From an uncultured Bartonella sp. (GTDB lineage: Bacteria > Pseudomonadota > Alphaproteobacteria > Rhizobiales > Rhizobiaceae): 64,000 bases of DNA. The notes beneath the pieces were generated by a model. It did no database searches. It was not told the origin of the DNA and saw only the letters and a list, made by a program, of their open reading frames with translations. This document shows, piece by piece, positions 10,153-20,343 of this stretch. A program made the position numbers and the translations under genes. The stretch is from positions 1,889 to 65,888 of the forward strand of contig CAMLLT010000001.1 of the NCBI GenBank assembly GCA_946480935.1. Direction: 5' to 3'. How positions within the stretch are numbered: position 1 is the first letter of the stretch; every line of letters starts with the position of its first letter.

Positions 10153-10981
10153 TTGAAATTTCCTTAATGCTAATAATTGTTAATACGTCAAATCTCTTGT
10201 TTGTACTTTTTTCTATCATTTATTTTGCCTGGAATGGAAGCGGCTGCTTGTTTGTTTTTGACCGTTATAACGTTTGTCCTTTTTGTGACTAAAAAGGAAT
10301 TTAAATAAGGTTCAGAACATTAATTTTCTTACTCTCAAGCGACGAAGATTGTTTAGGAAAAGACATGTTCATATTCATAGCCGGTTGCATAGGATTTCTG
10401 TCAATACGACCATTGGAGAAGAGTTTAGCCGCAGCTCTGGAATGCGAACTGCATAAAGAATGAAGAATGGTAATTTTTTTGGAAAAACATGATCTATATT
10501 TAAGAAATTGATATATAACGGTTTTTACGACATAAGATGCGTTTGATGCCAATTCTACTTTGAAAGTGCAGGACTTCATTTTCTATCCAAGGTAATCAAG
10601 CAAAAGAGCAAGTACAGACTACCGTAAAATTTTCCGTTCTGGTCGCAGCGTTCTTCATTGCCGGATTTATGTGTTTTCTTTTCCAAGTGGAAATGCAATT
10701 GCTTTGAATTTTTTCTGCCTTTATTCGATATGGCTCAAACTGTAACCAATTCAAAGCGGAAAGACCGTTTCAGACTTATAAATTTCTTCCAATCCTGTTT
10801 TTCTTTATTTTTTCTCATTACAGCTCATAGCTGCGTGATCAGACGAATGCCTTAATTTGTTTTTGTGCGGCATTCTGATAGTGGGATTTGTTGCAAGCGG
10901 GAAAAAATGTTATTTGATATTATAGAGGTTGATTTTGTTAACAAAATACGGTGCGACTGCATTTTTCCTAACGTTTTTCCG

Positions 10982-12193
10982 TTATATTTTTTTTAACAAA
11001 ACAAATGCCATCCAACATAAAAATATGAGACCGAGAATAGGTGAAATCAAAAAAGTTGTTTTAAAGCCCAAGTGAGCGGTAATCTGGCCGGCAATAATAG
11101 CAGCAATACTATTTGTCCAGCTTTCCATGCATTGCGTAGCTGTGAAATCGGTTCCGGCCTGTTTTAATGATGACCAGTGCATGAACAGGGTAAAAAATGC
11201 CACATATGAAATGCCACTTGCCAAACCACTAATAAAGCTGACCACTAAAACGGAACTTAGGGATATCTGCGGTAAAAGAGCTAGAAACCACCAAAAAAAT
11301 AAGCTTAATGCAGCAATCGAACTCGAAAAGACAGCCACTTTTTTCACGTTGAACACACGTGTTAGCCACCCCCCGATAATACCTCCGACAACAATAGTTG
11401 CCGAGGCAGCAACGCCTGTTACATTACCGACATCAATTAACGAGAAGCCCCTATCGATCAAAAAGGGACCTGTCATGGTCGAAGTTAGGGTATTCGAGAA
11501 ATAAAACAAACCGGCAACAGATAAAATATAAAAAACACCTTTACGTTGCAATAATCTGCGTAGGCTCGGCGTGTAACGTTTTATCTCTACCGTCGATTTA
11601 AGGCTTGAACTCTTCACAAGAAACACCGGAATGATGCTGAGAAGTGTTATAAGCATGATCATTGCAATAGTCGCAGACCATCCACTATAGGTGAAAATAA
11701 ACAAGGTAACAGAACCGCCAAGCAACATGCCTAAAGCGAACCCACTGATTTGCAAACCATTTGCCCAGGCTAGGTCATGACCTTTCAATAATTCGATTAC
11801 CCAGCCATCTGTTGCTATGTCTTGAGTGGCACATACGAGATTGATCAAAAATATAATCGACAATAAAACACCGGTTGAAGAAGTTATAAAACTTATAATT
11901 ATAAGAAAAGAATAGAGTATAATTGTAAGCAGTTGAGCCAATATAATGAAATAACGGCGGCCGCCTATATGTTTATTGCTGAATCGGTCAATGAAGGGCG
12001 CCCAAAAGATTTTTAGCGACCAAGGCAATATAACAAGTCCTATCATACCGATAGAGTCAGTGGAAATGCCCAGATTACGCAATATCGCAGGTAAAGCGAG
12101 AAAAGCGAGCCCCATAGGTATGCCTTGAGTCAAATAAAGCATACCTATTGCAGTAAGAGTAAGGCCTGCATTGGTTCGTTGAGCAATTGTCAT
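10982..12193 (-). CDS. MFS permease, RhtX/FptX/AmpG family (siderophore inner-membrane uptake)
   Basis: LYLTQGIP, LPWSLKIFWAP, ATQDIATDG, QAGTDFT; translationally coupled to the receptor. Confidence 0.85.
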   Translation of the reverse strand: MTIAQRTNAGLTLTAIGMLYLTQGIPMGLAFLALPAILRNLGISTDSIGMIGLVILPWSLKIFWAPFIDRFSNKHIGGRRYFIILAQLLTIILYSFLIIISFITSSTGVLLSIIFLINLVCATQDIATDGWVIELLKGHDLAWANGLQISGFALGMLLGGSVTLFIFTYSGWSATIAMIMLITLLSIIPVFLVKSSSLKSTVEIKRYTPSLRRLLQRKGVFYILSVAGLFYFSNTLTSTMTGPFLIDRGFSLIDVGNVTGVAASATIVVGGIIGGWLTRVFNVKKVAVFSSSIAALSLFFWWFLALLPQISLSSVLVVSFISGLASGISYVAFFTLFMHWSSLKQAGTDFTATQCMESWTNSIAAIIAGQITAHLGFKTTFLISPILGLIFLCWMAFVLLKKI

Positions 12194-14241
12194 TAGAAGC
12201 GGGCTTTCAGTGTTACACCAATCATACGTGATTGCCCGGCTACAGCTACATTGCTGGCAAATGGACTATTTTCAAAGTCACGATACCCGAAGGCGCGATA
12301 ATCTTTATCAAAGAGATTTTTAACGAACAAGGTTGACGAAAAACCATTTTTTTCGACACCAACCCGTAGATTGACCAGCCCGTATCCTTCCTGTTCCAAT
12401 TTATTGTCCACGTCAAAATATTGGTCACCGATAAAGTGGTATTCAGCTCGCATAAAAGCATCGAAAGGAAGTGACTGAAGCGCCCATCTATATTGTCCTG
12501 CAACACCGGCTGTCGTAGAGGGCGTATTTACCAATTTATTACCGGCGAGATTTTTACCGGTAGAACCGATAAAAGTATCATATTCACCGCTAATTATCCC
12601 CAGATAACCGGACAGGTCCAGCCCCTCTATTGGCTGCCAGTCCGCCTCAAGTTCGATACCCTTGCTATGCGAACGCCCCGCATTAACAATTTGCACAATA
12701 TTCGCACCAACCAAGGAGCTGACTTGTTGGTCTTTCCAGTCAATGTAATATATCGAGCTATTCAAGGTCAGCTTTTTGTCAAACCATTGTGTCTTCAATC
12801 CGGCTTCATAATTCCATAAATATTCCGGATCAAAAGCACGATCTGCCGCAATACGATTGTAACCTCCCGATTTTGCTCCCCTGACCGCCGATATATAAAC
12901 GAGCTTTTCATCGTCAAAGCGATAGGCAATACGATATTTCGGAGTTGCCATGTTAAAGCTTGCGGATTGATCAAAGGAATTATTCGTTAAAAGGGCGTGT
13001 TTTTCATCAGAAACACGTATACCCGTGGTCAGGTCAAGTCCGCCTATAATGTTCCAGGTAACTTCACCAAAACCGGCAATTTCTCTACGTTTATAATGGG
13101 ATGCATTTAAGGAAGGGGAACCGAATGCACGCATATTGAAAAGATAATCATAATCACTGCTTTCATTTAGAAAAAAACTACCAACTAGCCAACTCAGTCG
13201 GTCAATCTCACCTTTTAAACGAAATTCCTGGCTGATTTGGTGACCTTTTTCGTCGGAAGTCGTGTCTCCTCCACCCATCGTGGAAACAATATGGTTATAA
13301 TTCAAATCCTGATCTGCGGATAAATCATAATGTTGAAAACCGGTAATTGCTATGAGTTGCATTTTTTCAAAATCATAAGTGACGTTTGCATTCATATTTT
13401 GGCTGTCACGCACCTCTTTATTGGGAGGAGAAATATCAAGGACACGTTTTTTATATTGATCGAATGGTTGATAGGCATATGTGCCCTGATTAACGCGTTC
13501 GATTGATCCGCTTAAAACGATAGAAAGTTGATTGTCGGGCCTATAATGGATGGATCCCGAGCCGGTATATGTCTCAAGACCATCTATAGTACCTGAATAG
13601 TCGAGATAATCTGTATATCCGTTACGATGGGAATAATCAAAAAATAAGGTGCTGGTTAAATCTTTGCCTGTTATGGGACCACCGAACCATATGCTTCCCT
13701 GCCGCTGTGCCAGATTACCAACTGTTGACTCAACATCGATTTCAGATTTGTCACCCGGTTTCCGACTGGTCAGGTTAATTACGCCTGCAGCTGTATTATG
13801 ACCAAAAAGGGTTCCTTGAGGGCCACGAAGGATCTCGATATTTTCAATATTTCCCAACCTTTGGCTGAATTCGGCTGTTGTTAAAGGAACACCATCTAGG
13901 TAAATACCGAGAGAACTGTTGAAATAGTTTGTTCGAATTGTATTACCGATGCCGCGTATCGTATTTACCGTAAAACGCTGCGACCCTTGATCATTCAAAA
14001 CGACATTGGGTGTTGTGTTGGCGATATCTTTAATATTTTGAAGTCCCGCGTCGTCAACGTCCTGACGAGAAATTTGGGTGATACTTGCCGGCGTTTTTTG
14101 ACTTTTATATTTATTTTTTTCACCCTCGATTACGATAGTCTCAAGTTCTGTTGCGTTTTGTGCAAAACTTTGAGAAGTGGCCCCAAGAGCCGATATGCCT
14201 GCTAATAAAATATATTTACATTTATAAGAAAAATAAAACAT
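12193..14241 (-). CDS. TonB-dependent siderophore receptor (FyuA-like)
   Basis: Signal peptide, TonB box ETIVIEG, plug motif IEILRGPQGTLFG, NLFDKDY, C-terminal F. Confidence 0.92.
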   Translation of the reverse strand: MFYFSYKCKYILLAGISALGATSQSFAQNATELETIVIEGEKNKYKSQKTPASITQISRQDVDDAGLQNIKDIANTTPNVVLNDQGSQRFTVNTIRGIGNTIRTNYFNSSLGIYLDGVPLTTAEFSQRLGNIENIEILRGPQGTLFGHNTAAGVINLTSRKPGDKSEIDVESTVGNLAQRQGSIWFGGPITGKDLTSTLFFDYSHRNGYTDYLDYSGTIDGLETYTGSGSIHYRPDNQLSIVLSGSIERVNQGTYAYQPFDQYKKRVLDISPPNKEVRDSQNMNANVTYDFEKMQLIAITGFQHYDLSADQDLNYNHIVSTMGGGDTTSDEKGHQISQEFRLKGEIDRLSWLVGSFFLNESSDYDYLFNMRAFGSPSLNASHYKRREIAGFGEVTWNIIGGLDLTTGIRVSDEKHALLTNNSFDQSASFNMATPKYRIAYRFDDEKLVYISAVRGAKSGGYNRIAADRAFDPEYLWNYEAGLKTQWFDKKLTLNSSIYYIDWKDQQVSSLVGANIVQIVNAGRSHSKGIELEADWQPIEGLDLSGYLGIISGEYDTFIGSTGKNLAGNKLVNTPSTTAGVAGQYRWALQSLPFDAFMRAEYHFIGDQYFDVDNKLEQEGYGLVNLRVGVEKNGFSSTLFVKNLFDKDYRAFGYRDFENSPFASNVAVAGQSRMIGVTLKARF

Positions 14242-14456
14242 GATAGTTTTTATCCAGTTATTTTTCTTAATCTATGATAAATAATTTTAAAAAGTACCAG
14301 AGGGGAAATTTAGCGTTCAGCCAAAAAACTTTTTTGATCTGCTCAAAAACGGGCAGTCATAGATCGTGAATGAAACGAAGTTAATTTTTGAACTCTTCAA
14401 TAGAAAATATTGGCAATATATTCATGCGTTCTGGGCATACAAAATTGGCAACATAA

Positions 14457-15386
14457 TTATTTGTCATTTTGCAATAAAAACCGTGGGGGATAACCATAAT
14501 GCCGGCGGAACAAAGTCGAAAAATGTGCAGGTGTATAACCGATTTTATATGCAATTTGTGAAATGGACATTTTGTTCTCACGCAACATTTGCCGCGCATA
14601 TTCAAGGCGCTGATGTTGGAGAAATTCGACAATTGACATTGAAAAAATTTTTCTGAAACCGGCCGTTAAACGTGAGGTGCTAATGCCAACTTGACGTGAT
14701 AATTGAGCCAAACTAGGTGGTTCGGAGAGTGATGCAATTAAAATATCACGTATATGCATAAAACGTTCTATTTCATGATGGGGAATGAATTTATCATTAT
14801 CAGTCATACTGGATGGTTTTAAAAAAAGATTTTCGAAAGCAAGTGCGAGGAACTCGAAACTTTTCCCTTCAAAGTAAAGCGAGCGTAAACCATTTTCATA
14901 AGAACAATTGTGAATTTCATGGCAAAGTCGTATCAACCTCTCATCAGGCATAAAGCATTGTAGATCGTTATTTTGTTGATCATTGTTCTGCAAAAGTTCA
15001 TGAGTTGTAATATCATGATGTTGTTTTTCCAACTGCAGCAGAGCTTGTTGAGGGATATGTAGGAATGTGCCCCTTATTTCCTCATCAGCAAAGATAGAAT
15101 GGTGCGTCGTCATAGGTCCTGATGCCTTAAGAAAATAACCGAATTGACGGTTGAACGACGAAATGCTCCCTCTGTTGAATTCGAATTTCATTCTTCCCTG
15201 AATAACTCCAACATATAAGCCTGCTTGAGTAGAAGACATCCACTGGGTATCATCGGGCACAACGATCCTGGTCTGGGATAACAACCAGCCTGCATGATTT
15301 TTAAATGATTCATGAATGCAGCCGGTATTTTTTGTAATAAGAGAAAAATTTTGATCTTTAATTTGCAAACTATCGCTGCTCCGCAT
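14457..15386 (-). CDS. AraC-family regulator (PchR/YbtA-like)
   Basis: LYFEGKSFE, PPSLAQLSRQVG, second HTH IAYKIGY..HFSTLFRRHYGYPP. Confidence 0.9.
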   Translation of the reverse strand: MRSSDSLQIKDQNFSLITKNTGCIHESFKNHAGWLLSQTRIVVPDDTQWMSSTQAGLYVGVIQGRMKFEFNRGSISSFNRQFGYFLKASGPMTTHHSIFADEEIRGTFLHIPQQALLQLEKQHHDITTHELLQNNDQQNNDLQCFMPDERLIRLCHEIHNCSYENGLRSLYFEGKSFEFLALAFENLFLKPSSMTDNDKFIPHHEIERFMHIRDILIASLSEPPSLAQLSRQVGISTSRLTAGFRKIFSMSIVEFLQHQRLEYARQMLRENKMSISQIAYKIGYTPAHFSTLFRRHYGYPPRFLLQNDK

Positions 15387-15734
15387 AGTAGAAATCCCCG
15401 TTTGAGCATTCGTGATTAGAAATTTTTATTTCTTTTTGAAATCATCCCGATAAGGGAATTGGAAAACTAACGTCACTTTGGCGATTAATTTATATGTATC
15501 GGGAGTGAACAAACCGGATCCTTTCAACTATTTCTGAACTCGCTTAAATGCAGTTGCATAGAGGCAATGTGTTCAGTGATATCAATCAGCTTTTGTGAGG
15601 TTGCAGATATCCCGCAGGGTGATTTTGATATTTATCTTGAACTTTTTGGTATAGAATTGCAAGTTCGGAAATATTCCGGGTTCGCATCAGTTTTTAAAAA
15701 GAGAAAAGAACTCTAATCAAACCGGCAATAACAG

Positions 15735-15777
15735 CGGGATTGATTGTTTATAAAAACGGGATTGACTATTTATAAAA
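15735..15777. repeat. 22-bp tandem direct repeat
   Basis: cgggattgattgtttataaaaa / cgggattgactatttataaaa. Confidence 0.7.
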
Positions 15778-16055
15778 TTCATCGCGTGCTGCGTTGTTCG
15801 TGTCTTTTTGTCAATCTGGATAGTGACATTTTTAATTCAGTTTTTGTAAAAAAACGCTGATTTAATCCGCCATAAAATTGGCTTTAAAATCATTGAGAAA
15901 ACATGGTTGTTTCTACGTTGCGACAATAGAAGAACTTACTTATTGTGGGGGGAGCGGCCAAGGCCATTGATAACTTTTTCGCGAATCCGAGAAATTGGCT
16001 CCGGCTTTTTTCGCGCTATTGTTACGCTTTATCATCTCACCTGGAAAAATATAGC

Positions 16056-16858
16056 GGTGTTGTCAGGCTAACTTTAACTTGCCTTAAAAAGGTAGAGTAG
16101 GGGTGTTTTAAGCAAGCAGAAAATTAAAATTTATGAAGAGCAGTCGTTCGTTTTTCTTTGTAAGCTCGTCTGGAGATGGCGTGCCTTTCATGATTGAAAG
16201 GATTGTAAATTGGTCCTTTTATATCGACAAAATCTTATAAACCCATGAGGCTTTCAAACTTTTAAATTGCTCGTTCTCATTGCCGAAATGCGGTCAAGAA
16301 TTCTCGTATCAATAATTTAATCGTCGGCCTTTTCTTTGGAGTTAAGCTAATTCCATATCCCTAAGTACTGCATGATAAGAGGGAAGTTTATCTGTATTAA
16401 AATTTTTTGGAACTTAACGCTTTTTCAGCGATTTCAAATTGAATTCTTTGCAGAGTTCTTATCATGTTTTTTAGAAACATAGCATTCAAGAATTTCACCT
16501 TTATGATCAACGGATTTTGATAAATAGTGTTTTTCACCGTTGATTTTGACGAGGGCGTCATCCAATTGCCATTACAATTCGAACATTTGTGTCTTCGCTT
16601 TATTTGCATGGATTGAGCAATCGATTTACTAAAGTGCGCAACCCAATAACGAAGGGTTTAGTGACGAATATCGATATCACGATCATGCAGAATATCTTCA
16701 ACTTGATGAAAACTCTGTGCTTATCGCACATAATACATAACTACTAGACGGATAATTTCCGGTGACGTTTTAGAGTATCTGAATGGATTTATCTTGCTCA
16801 TGGCGCAAAATTAACGCGCCACGTGCAAAAGGCAAAGTTAATCTAATCTGATAATGCT
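16056..16858 (-). mobile_element. Decayed IS6-family element, copy 1 (transposase pseudogene, ATG at 16801)
   Basis: Cross-frame translation MSKINPFRYSKTSPEIIRLVVMYYVR*..VEDILHDRDIDIRH*T..WQLDDALVKINGEKHY..VDHKGEILECYVS..TDKLPSY..FNHERH; terminal IRs ggtgttgtcaggctaactt and aagtt(aatct)aatctgataatgct. Confidence 0.88.
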
Positions 16859-17856
16859 GTCATGAACGTCTTAAAAGATCGTTTCAAAAGGTCACCATCA
16901 ATATTGCGTACAATAAAGACCAGTTTTGAAACACCTTCTTCCCACGGCCATTTTTCCAAATGTTCAGGTGGATAAAGGCAATGCTGCACCCCTTGAATAA
17001 GCACCGGCATGTCAAACTCTGCTAAGTTAAGAATGCCTTTGACACGTAGGATATTCTCACCATGCTCTTTCAATAACAAATTAAACCAAATGCCAAAAAC
17101 CAGCCAATCAATTTTGCCTTTATGGGTGACAACAAAGCTTTTTGCTTTTGCGTGAATTTCTTTTTCATTTTCAGCAAAAAAATGCACATTGACTCGCGCC
17201 TTTTTGCCGCTTCGTGCTTTGGCAAAAAGCTCGCTTAAAGTTTGCCTTTCGCTGACCAGTGAAATCTCAGCATCTTCATTCAGCCGCGTTAAAAGCGCTT
17301 CAACATTAAGGCGCGCATCGTCATCGATTCTATCACTTTTGCTGATAAAAAGCTGTTGCGAAGCCACCACTTGCGTCAACCATTCAGGGTGAAGACGATA
17401 TTGCAATTCGGCATTTTCACCATCGATAATCGTGGTTAAACCATTTAAAACAAACGAGCCTTTTAAATGCACATCATCCATGATCGTCGATAAAAGCGAG
17501 GCTGGATTGGCAAGGCCAGTTGTCTCAATCAAGATTTTATCAAAAAACGGAATTTCCTTAGCATTGCGCTTGGCGAGCACGCTAAATAATGTCATCTTCA
17601 AATCAGATAAAACCGCACAACACACGCAGCCATTGGGCATGAGATAGGTATTTTCGGCAACATTTTGCACCAAAATATCATCAATCCCCACTTCCCCCAA
17701 TTCATTAACCAGAATAAGGGTTTTTTCGTCTTGCCCGTTTTTAAGAATATTCTTAATGAAGGTTGTTTTGCCGCTGCCTAAAAAACCCGTGACAATATGA
17801 ACGGGAATTAAATTGGGATTATTTAAATTGGACTGCGTTGATGATTGAGAGGTCAT
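16843..17856 (-). CDS. COG0523/CobW-family metallochaperone GTPase
   Basis: GFLGSGKT, NELGEVGID, GCVCC, IETTGLA, SKSD, CobW_C (LRVKGIL...QGVQH). Confidence 0.93.
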   Translation of the reverse strand: MTSQSSTQSNLNNPNLIPVHIVTGFLGSGKTTFIKNILKNGQDEKTLILVNELGEVGIDDILVQNVAENTYLMPNGCVCCAVLSDLKMTLFSVLAKRNAKEIPFFDKILIETTGLANPASLLSTIMDDVHLKGSFVLNGLTTIIDGENAELQYRLHPEWLTQVVASQQLFISKSDRIDDDARLNVEALLTRLNEDAEISLVSERQTLSELFAKARSGKKARVNVHFFAENEKEIHAKAKSFVVTHKGKIDWLVFGIWFNLLLKEHGENILRVKGILNLAEFDMPVLIQGVQHCLYPPEHLEKWPWEEGVSKLVFIVRNIDGDLLKRSFKTFMTALSD

Positions 17857-18182
17857 ATTTTGTCATGTCCTTCAAATGCGCTATCACCCTCAACAGCAAG
17901 TGCGCTTAGCAATTTCGGGTCAAGCACATCCATCCTTTTGCCTGTCAAAGCAGCAAATTCATCCCATAGAAGATTAAGCCCATTGGCCATGCCTTGCTTG
18001 CCTGTTGGCGTTTGCAAAAGATAATTGACGCCATGCACATCGGACACTTTAACACGGTGATAATGCAACATCTGATTGATGATCTTTATCTTACGAAACC
18101 TATTTTGCCGTTTTGGCAAATCCGATGTGATGTGATCGCTCCACTCTTGTTGTTCTTCAATTAACCCACATAAACCACACAT
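17853..18182 (-). CDS. Small CxxC hypothetical protein (MCGLCG...WSD), coupled to the COG0523 gene
   Basis: ATG 18182, about 109 aa, 4-bp overlap with the GTPase start. Confidence 0.75.
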   Translation of the reverse strand: MCGLCGLIEEQQEWSDHITSDLPKRQNRFRKIKIINQMLHYHRVKVSDVHGVNYLLQTPTGKQGMANGLNLLWDEFAALTGKRMDVLDPKLLSALAVEGDSAFEGHDKI

Positions 18183-18709
18183 GACGCACCCTTTCACACA
18201 CAAAATATGATGAAATAGTTTATCATATTTGCGAGAATTAGGAAGCGAACCTTGTAGAATAAATCTATAACCGAAGTAATTTTGAAAAACGCAAAGTGTC
18301 TTCGATTCAATAAGTTATTTTAAATATAAACAATGCAAAAATACAATATTTATCTATTTTCTGTTTTTAACTTAATTTCATAAATAATTAATTATTCAAT
18401 TATAATATCGTAAAAACAATATAATCAATATTTTTATTTATTGAACAAACGTTAAAATTTTCAATTGCTTTATAAAATAAAAAAAGACGACTTTTGTAAT
18501 CGATAAAGATAGATTTATTCGATTTTTTATTTAAATAGTATTAAAAGAATAATAAATATAATATTATTATATTATAATTGTTATATTCTATATGTTATGT
18601 AATCACGTTTTTAGTATAATAAATATAATTTATTAATAATATTATTAGTATAGCAATAGTTATTAAAACCATCAGGCTTAATTAATTTACAAATTGCGCT
18701 ATTTATTAA

Positions 18710-19190
18710 TTATCCTGTTTGAGTTTTTCCGATTTTTATCTGTTCGTCAAGTAACCGTACTTGCTTTTGTATCGTTTTAAATGAATTTTCAGCTGCTTTT
18801 GTTTGCGCTTCAGCTGCCCCAATCTGCTTCTCTCTGAGAATGTGGGCTTCATCCATTTTCTCGCGTTGCAACTCCATTTTATGATGTTGTGCTTTCATCT
18901 CACTTCTTTGTGCACGTAATTCTAATTGTACACAACTGATTACTTTGAATAAGCATGACGTCAAGTCAAAGAAAAGCAAGCGGAGCAAATAAACCAGCCA
19001 ATGCGTCACCAAAGCCCGAAGCCTTAAAATCAAATAAAGCTGTAAACCAAGCTGTATCGCTTTCATAAAAACCGCCGTCTAAATTATCGACTTGAGCAAC
19101 AGGCTGTTGTATTCTGACAGAAAATATAAGTAAAATAATATAGATGAGAAAACAAATGACCATTATGCATTTTGACCATTTTAAAACCAT
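18710..19190 (-). pseudogene. Broken membrane/coiled-coil hypothetical gene in an AT-rich insert
   Basis: TM segment and GDALAGLFAPLAFL* in one frame; ELRAQRSEMKAQ..MELQRE coiled coil in another. Confidence 0.6.
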
Positions 19191-19489
19191 ATCGGTTTTC
19201 TTTTATGGATCATGAATTTCATCATTTCCAAGTTAATAATTAAACGGTATTAATTGCTATTTTATATTGATAATAATTTTCATTTTATGTGGTGTTGATT
19301 ATATTTTTTAAAAAAAATATAGTGATAAAAACTTCATCTATAGATAAAAATAAACCATTTTGAAGAAAATAGTTGTATTTATCCTAAGTTATCGACCTAA
19401 GTTATTTAAAACACATTTACATAAAGCTAACAAAAAACGCAGGTCATTTAAACCTGCATTTGAAATATGATAGCGTGATAGAGATATGA

Positions 19490-20239
19490 TTATGGCATTA
19501 CATCGCCGCTATTGGGACCTAATGTTTGGCCAACAAATAAATTTCCACCTGGGTCAGAAGCCAACAGAAGAGCTGTTGGGGCAATTTCTTCTGGTTTACC
19601 AAAACGGCCAAGTGGAAGCTCTTTGGCTTTTTCAATTTTCCATTTTTCACTAATACCATCAACCAAAGCAGTTGAAATTGGCCCTGGTGCAATGGCATTG
19701 ACGAGCACATTATCTTTGGACACTTCCAACGCCAAAGATTTTGTAAAGCCGATAACACCAGCTTTTGCCGCGCTATAATGTGCCAATTCTGCACCGCCTT
19801 TAATGCCTAATTGTGAAGCGATATTAATAATACGCCCCCATTTTTGTTTGAGCATAAAAGGTAATGCGCGTTGTGAGGTTAAAAACACGCTAGTTAAATC
19901 CACCTGCAACATCTGATCCCACATCTCTTTTGTCAGATCTGTCACAGGGGCTTGTGTCAGCATGCCAGCATTATTGACCAAAACATCAATGCCTCCATAA
20001 GCATCAATACATTGATCAACTGATTGATGACAGCCTTCAACGGTGGAAATATCAGCAATAACGCTTTTAACATCTTTGCTATGGGCTTGGCAAAGCGCCA
20101 CAGTTTTTGCCACACGCTGCTCATTCATATCGCTGAGCACTAATTTTGTACCCTGTTTGGCAAATTCTAAAGCAATGGCCGAACCAATGCCACCGCCTGC
20201 ACCTGTTACAACAACACGACATTCACTTAATTTTTTCAT
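19490..20239 (-). CDS. SDR oxidoreductase
   Basis: TGAGGGIG, NNAG, YSAAK, C-terminal GQTLGPNSGDVMP. Confidence 0.92.
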   Translation of the reverse strand: MKKLSECRVVVTGAGGGIGSAIALEFAKQGTKLVLSDMNEQRVAKTVALCQAHSKDVKSVIADISTVEGCHQSVDQCIDAYGGIDVLVNNAGMLTQAPVTDLTKEMWDQMLQVDLTSVFLTSQRALPFMLKQKWGRIINIASQLGIKGGAELAHYSAAKAGVIGFTKSLALEVSKDNVLVNAIAPGPISTALVDGISEKWKIEKAKELPLGRFGKPEEIAPTALLLASDPGGNLFVGQTLGPNSGDVMP

Positions 20240-20264
20240 GAGTTATCCTTTTGATTTGAAAGGA

Positions 20265-20292
20265 ATACGCCCCAATATATTGAGGGGCGTAT
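20265..20292. terminator. Intercistronic hairpin
   Basis: atacgcccc-N10-ggggcgtat. Confidence 0.4.
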
Positions 20293-20343
20293 CATTTACT
20301 TTCATTCATCACGCTTTTAATTGAAGCCCTTAATCAGGCTCCA

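Noticed and set aside
9456-10855. Short ORFs 9456-9704, 10301-10579 and 10658-10855
   Set aside because: No recognisable motifs or RBS; probably non-coding or eroded DNA.
14242-14456. Fur/Irr/RirA box upstream of the TonB receptor
   Set aside because: No convincing consensus match above the AT-rich background.
16397-16609. 70-aa ORF and its 73-aa twin at 25405-25626 as a duplicated small protein
   Set aside because: Both are frameshifted fragments of the IS6 transposase pseudogene.
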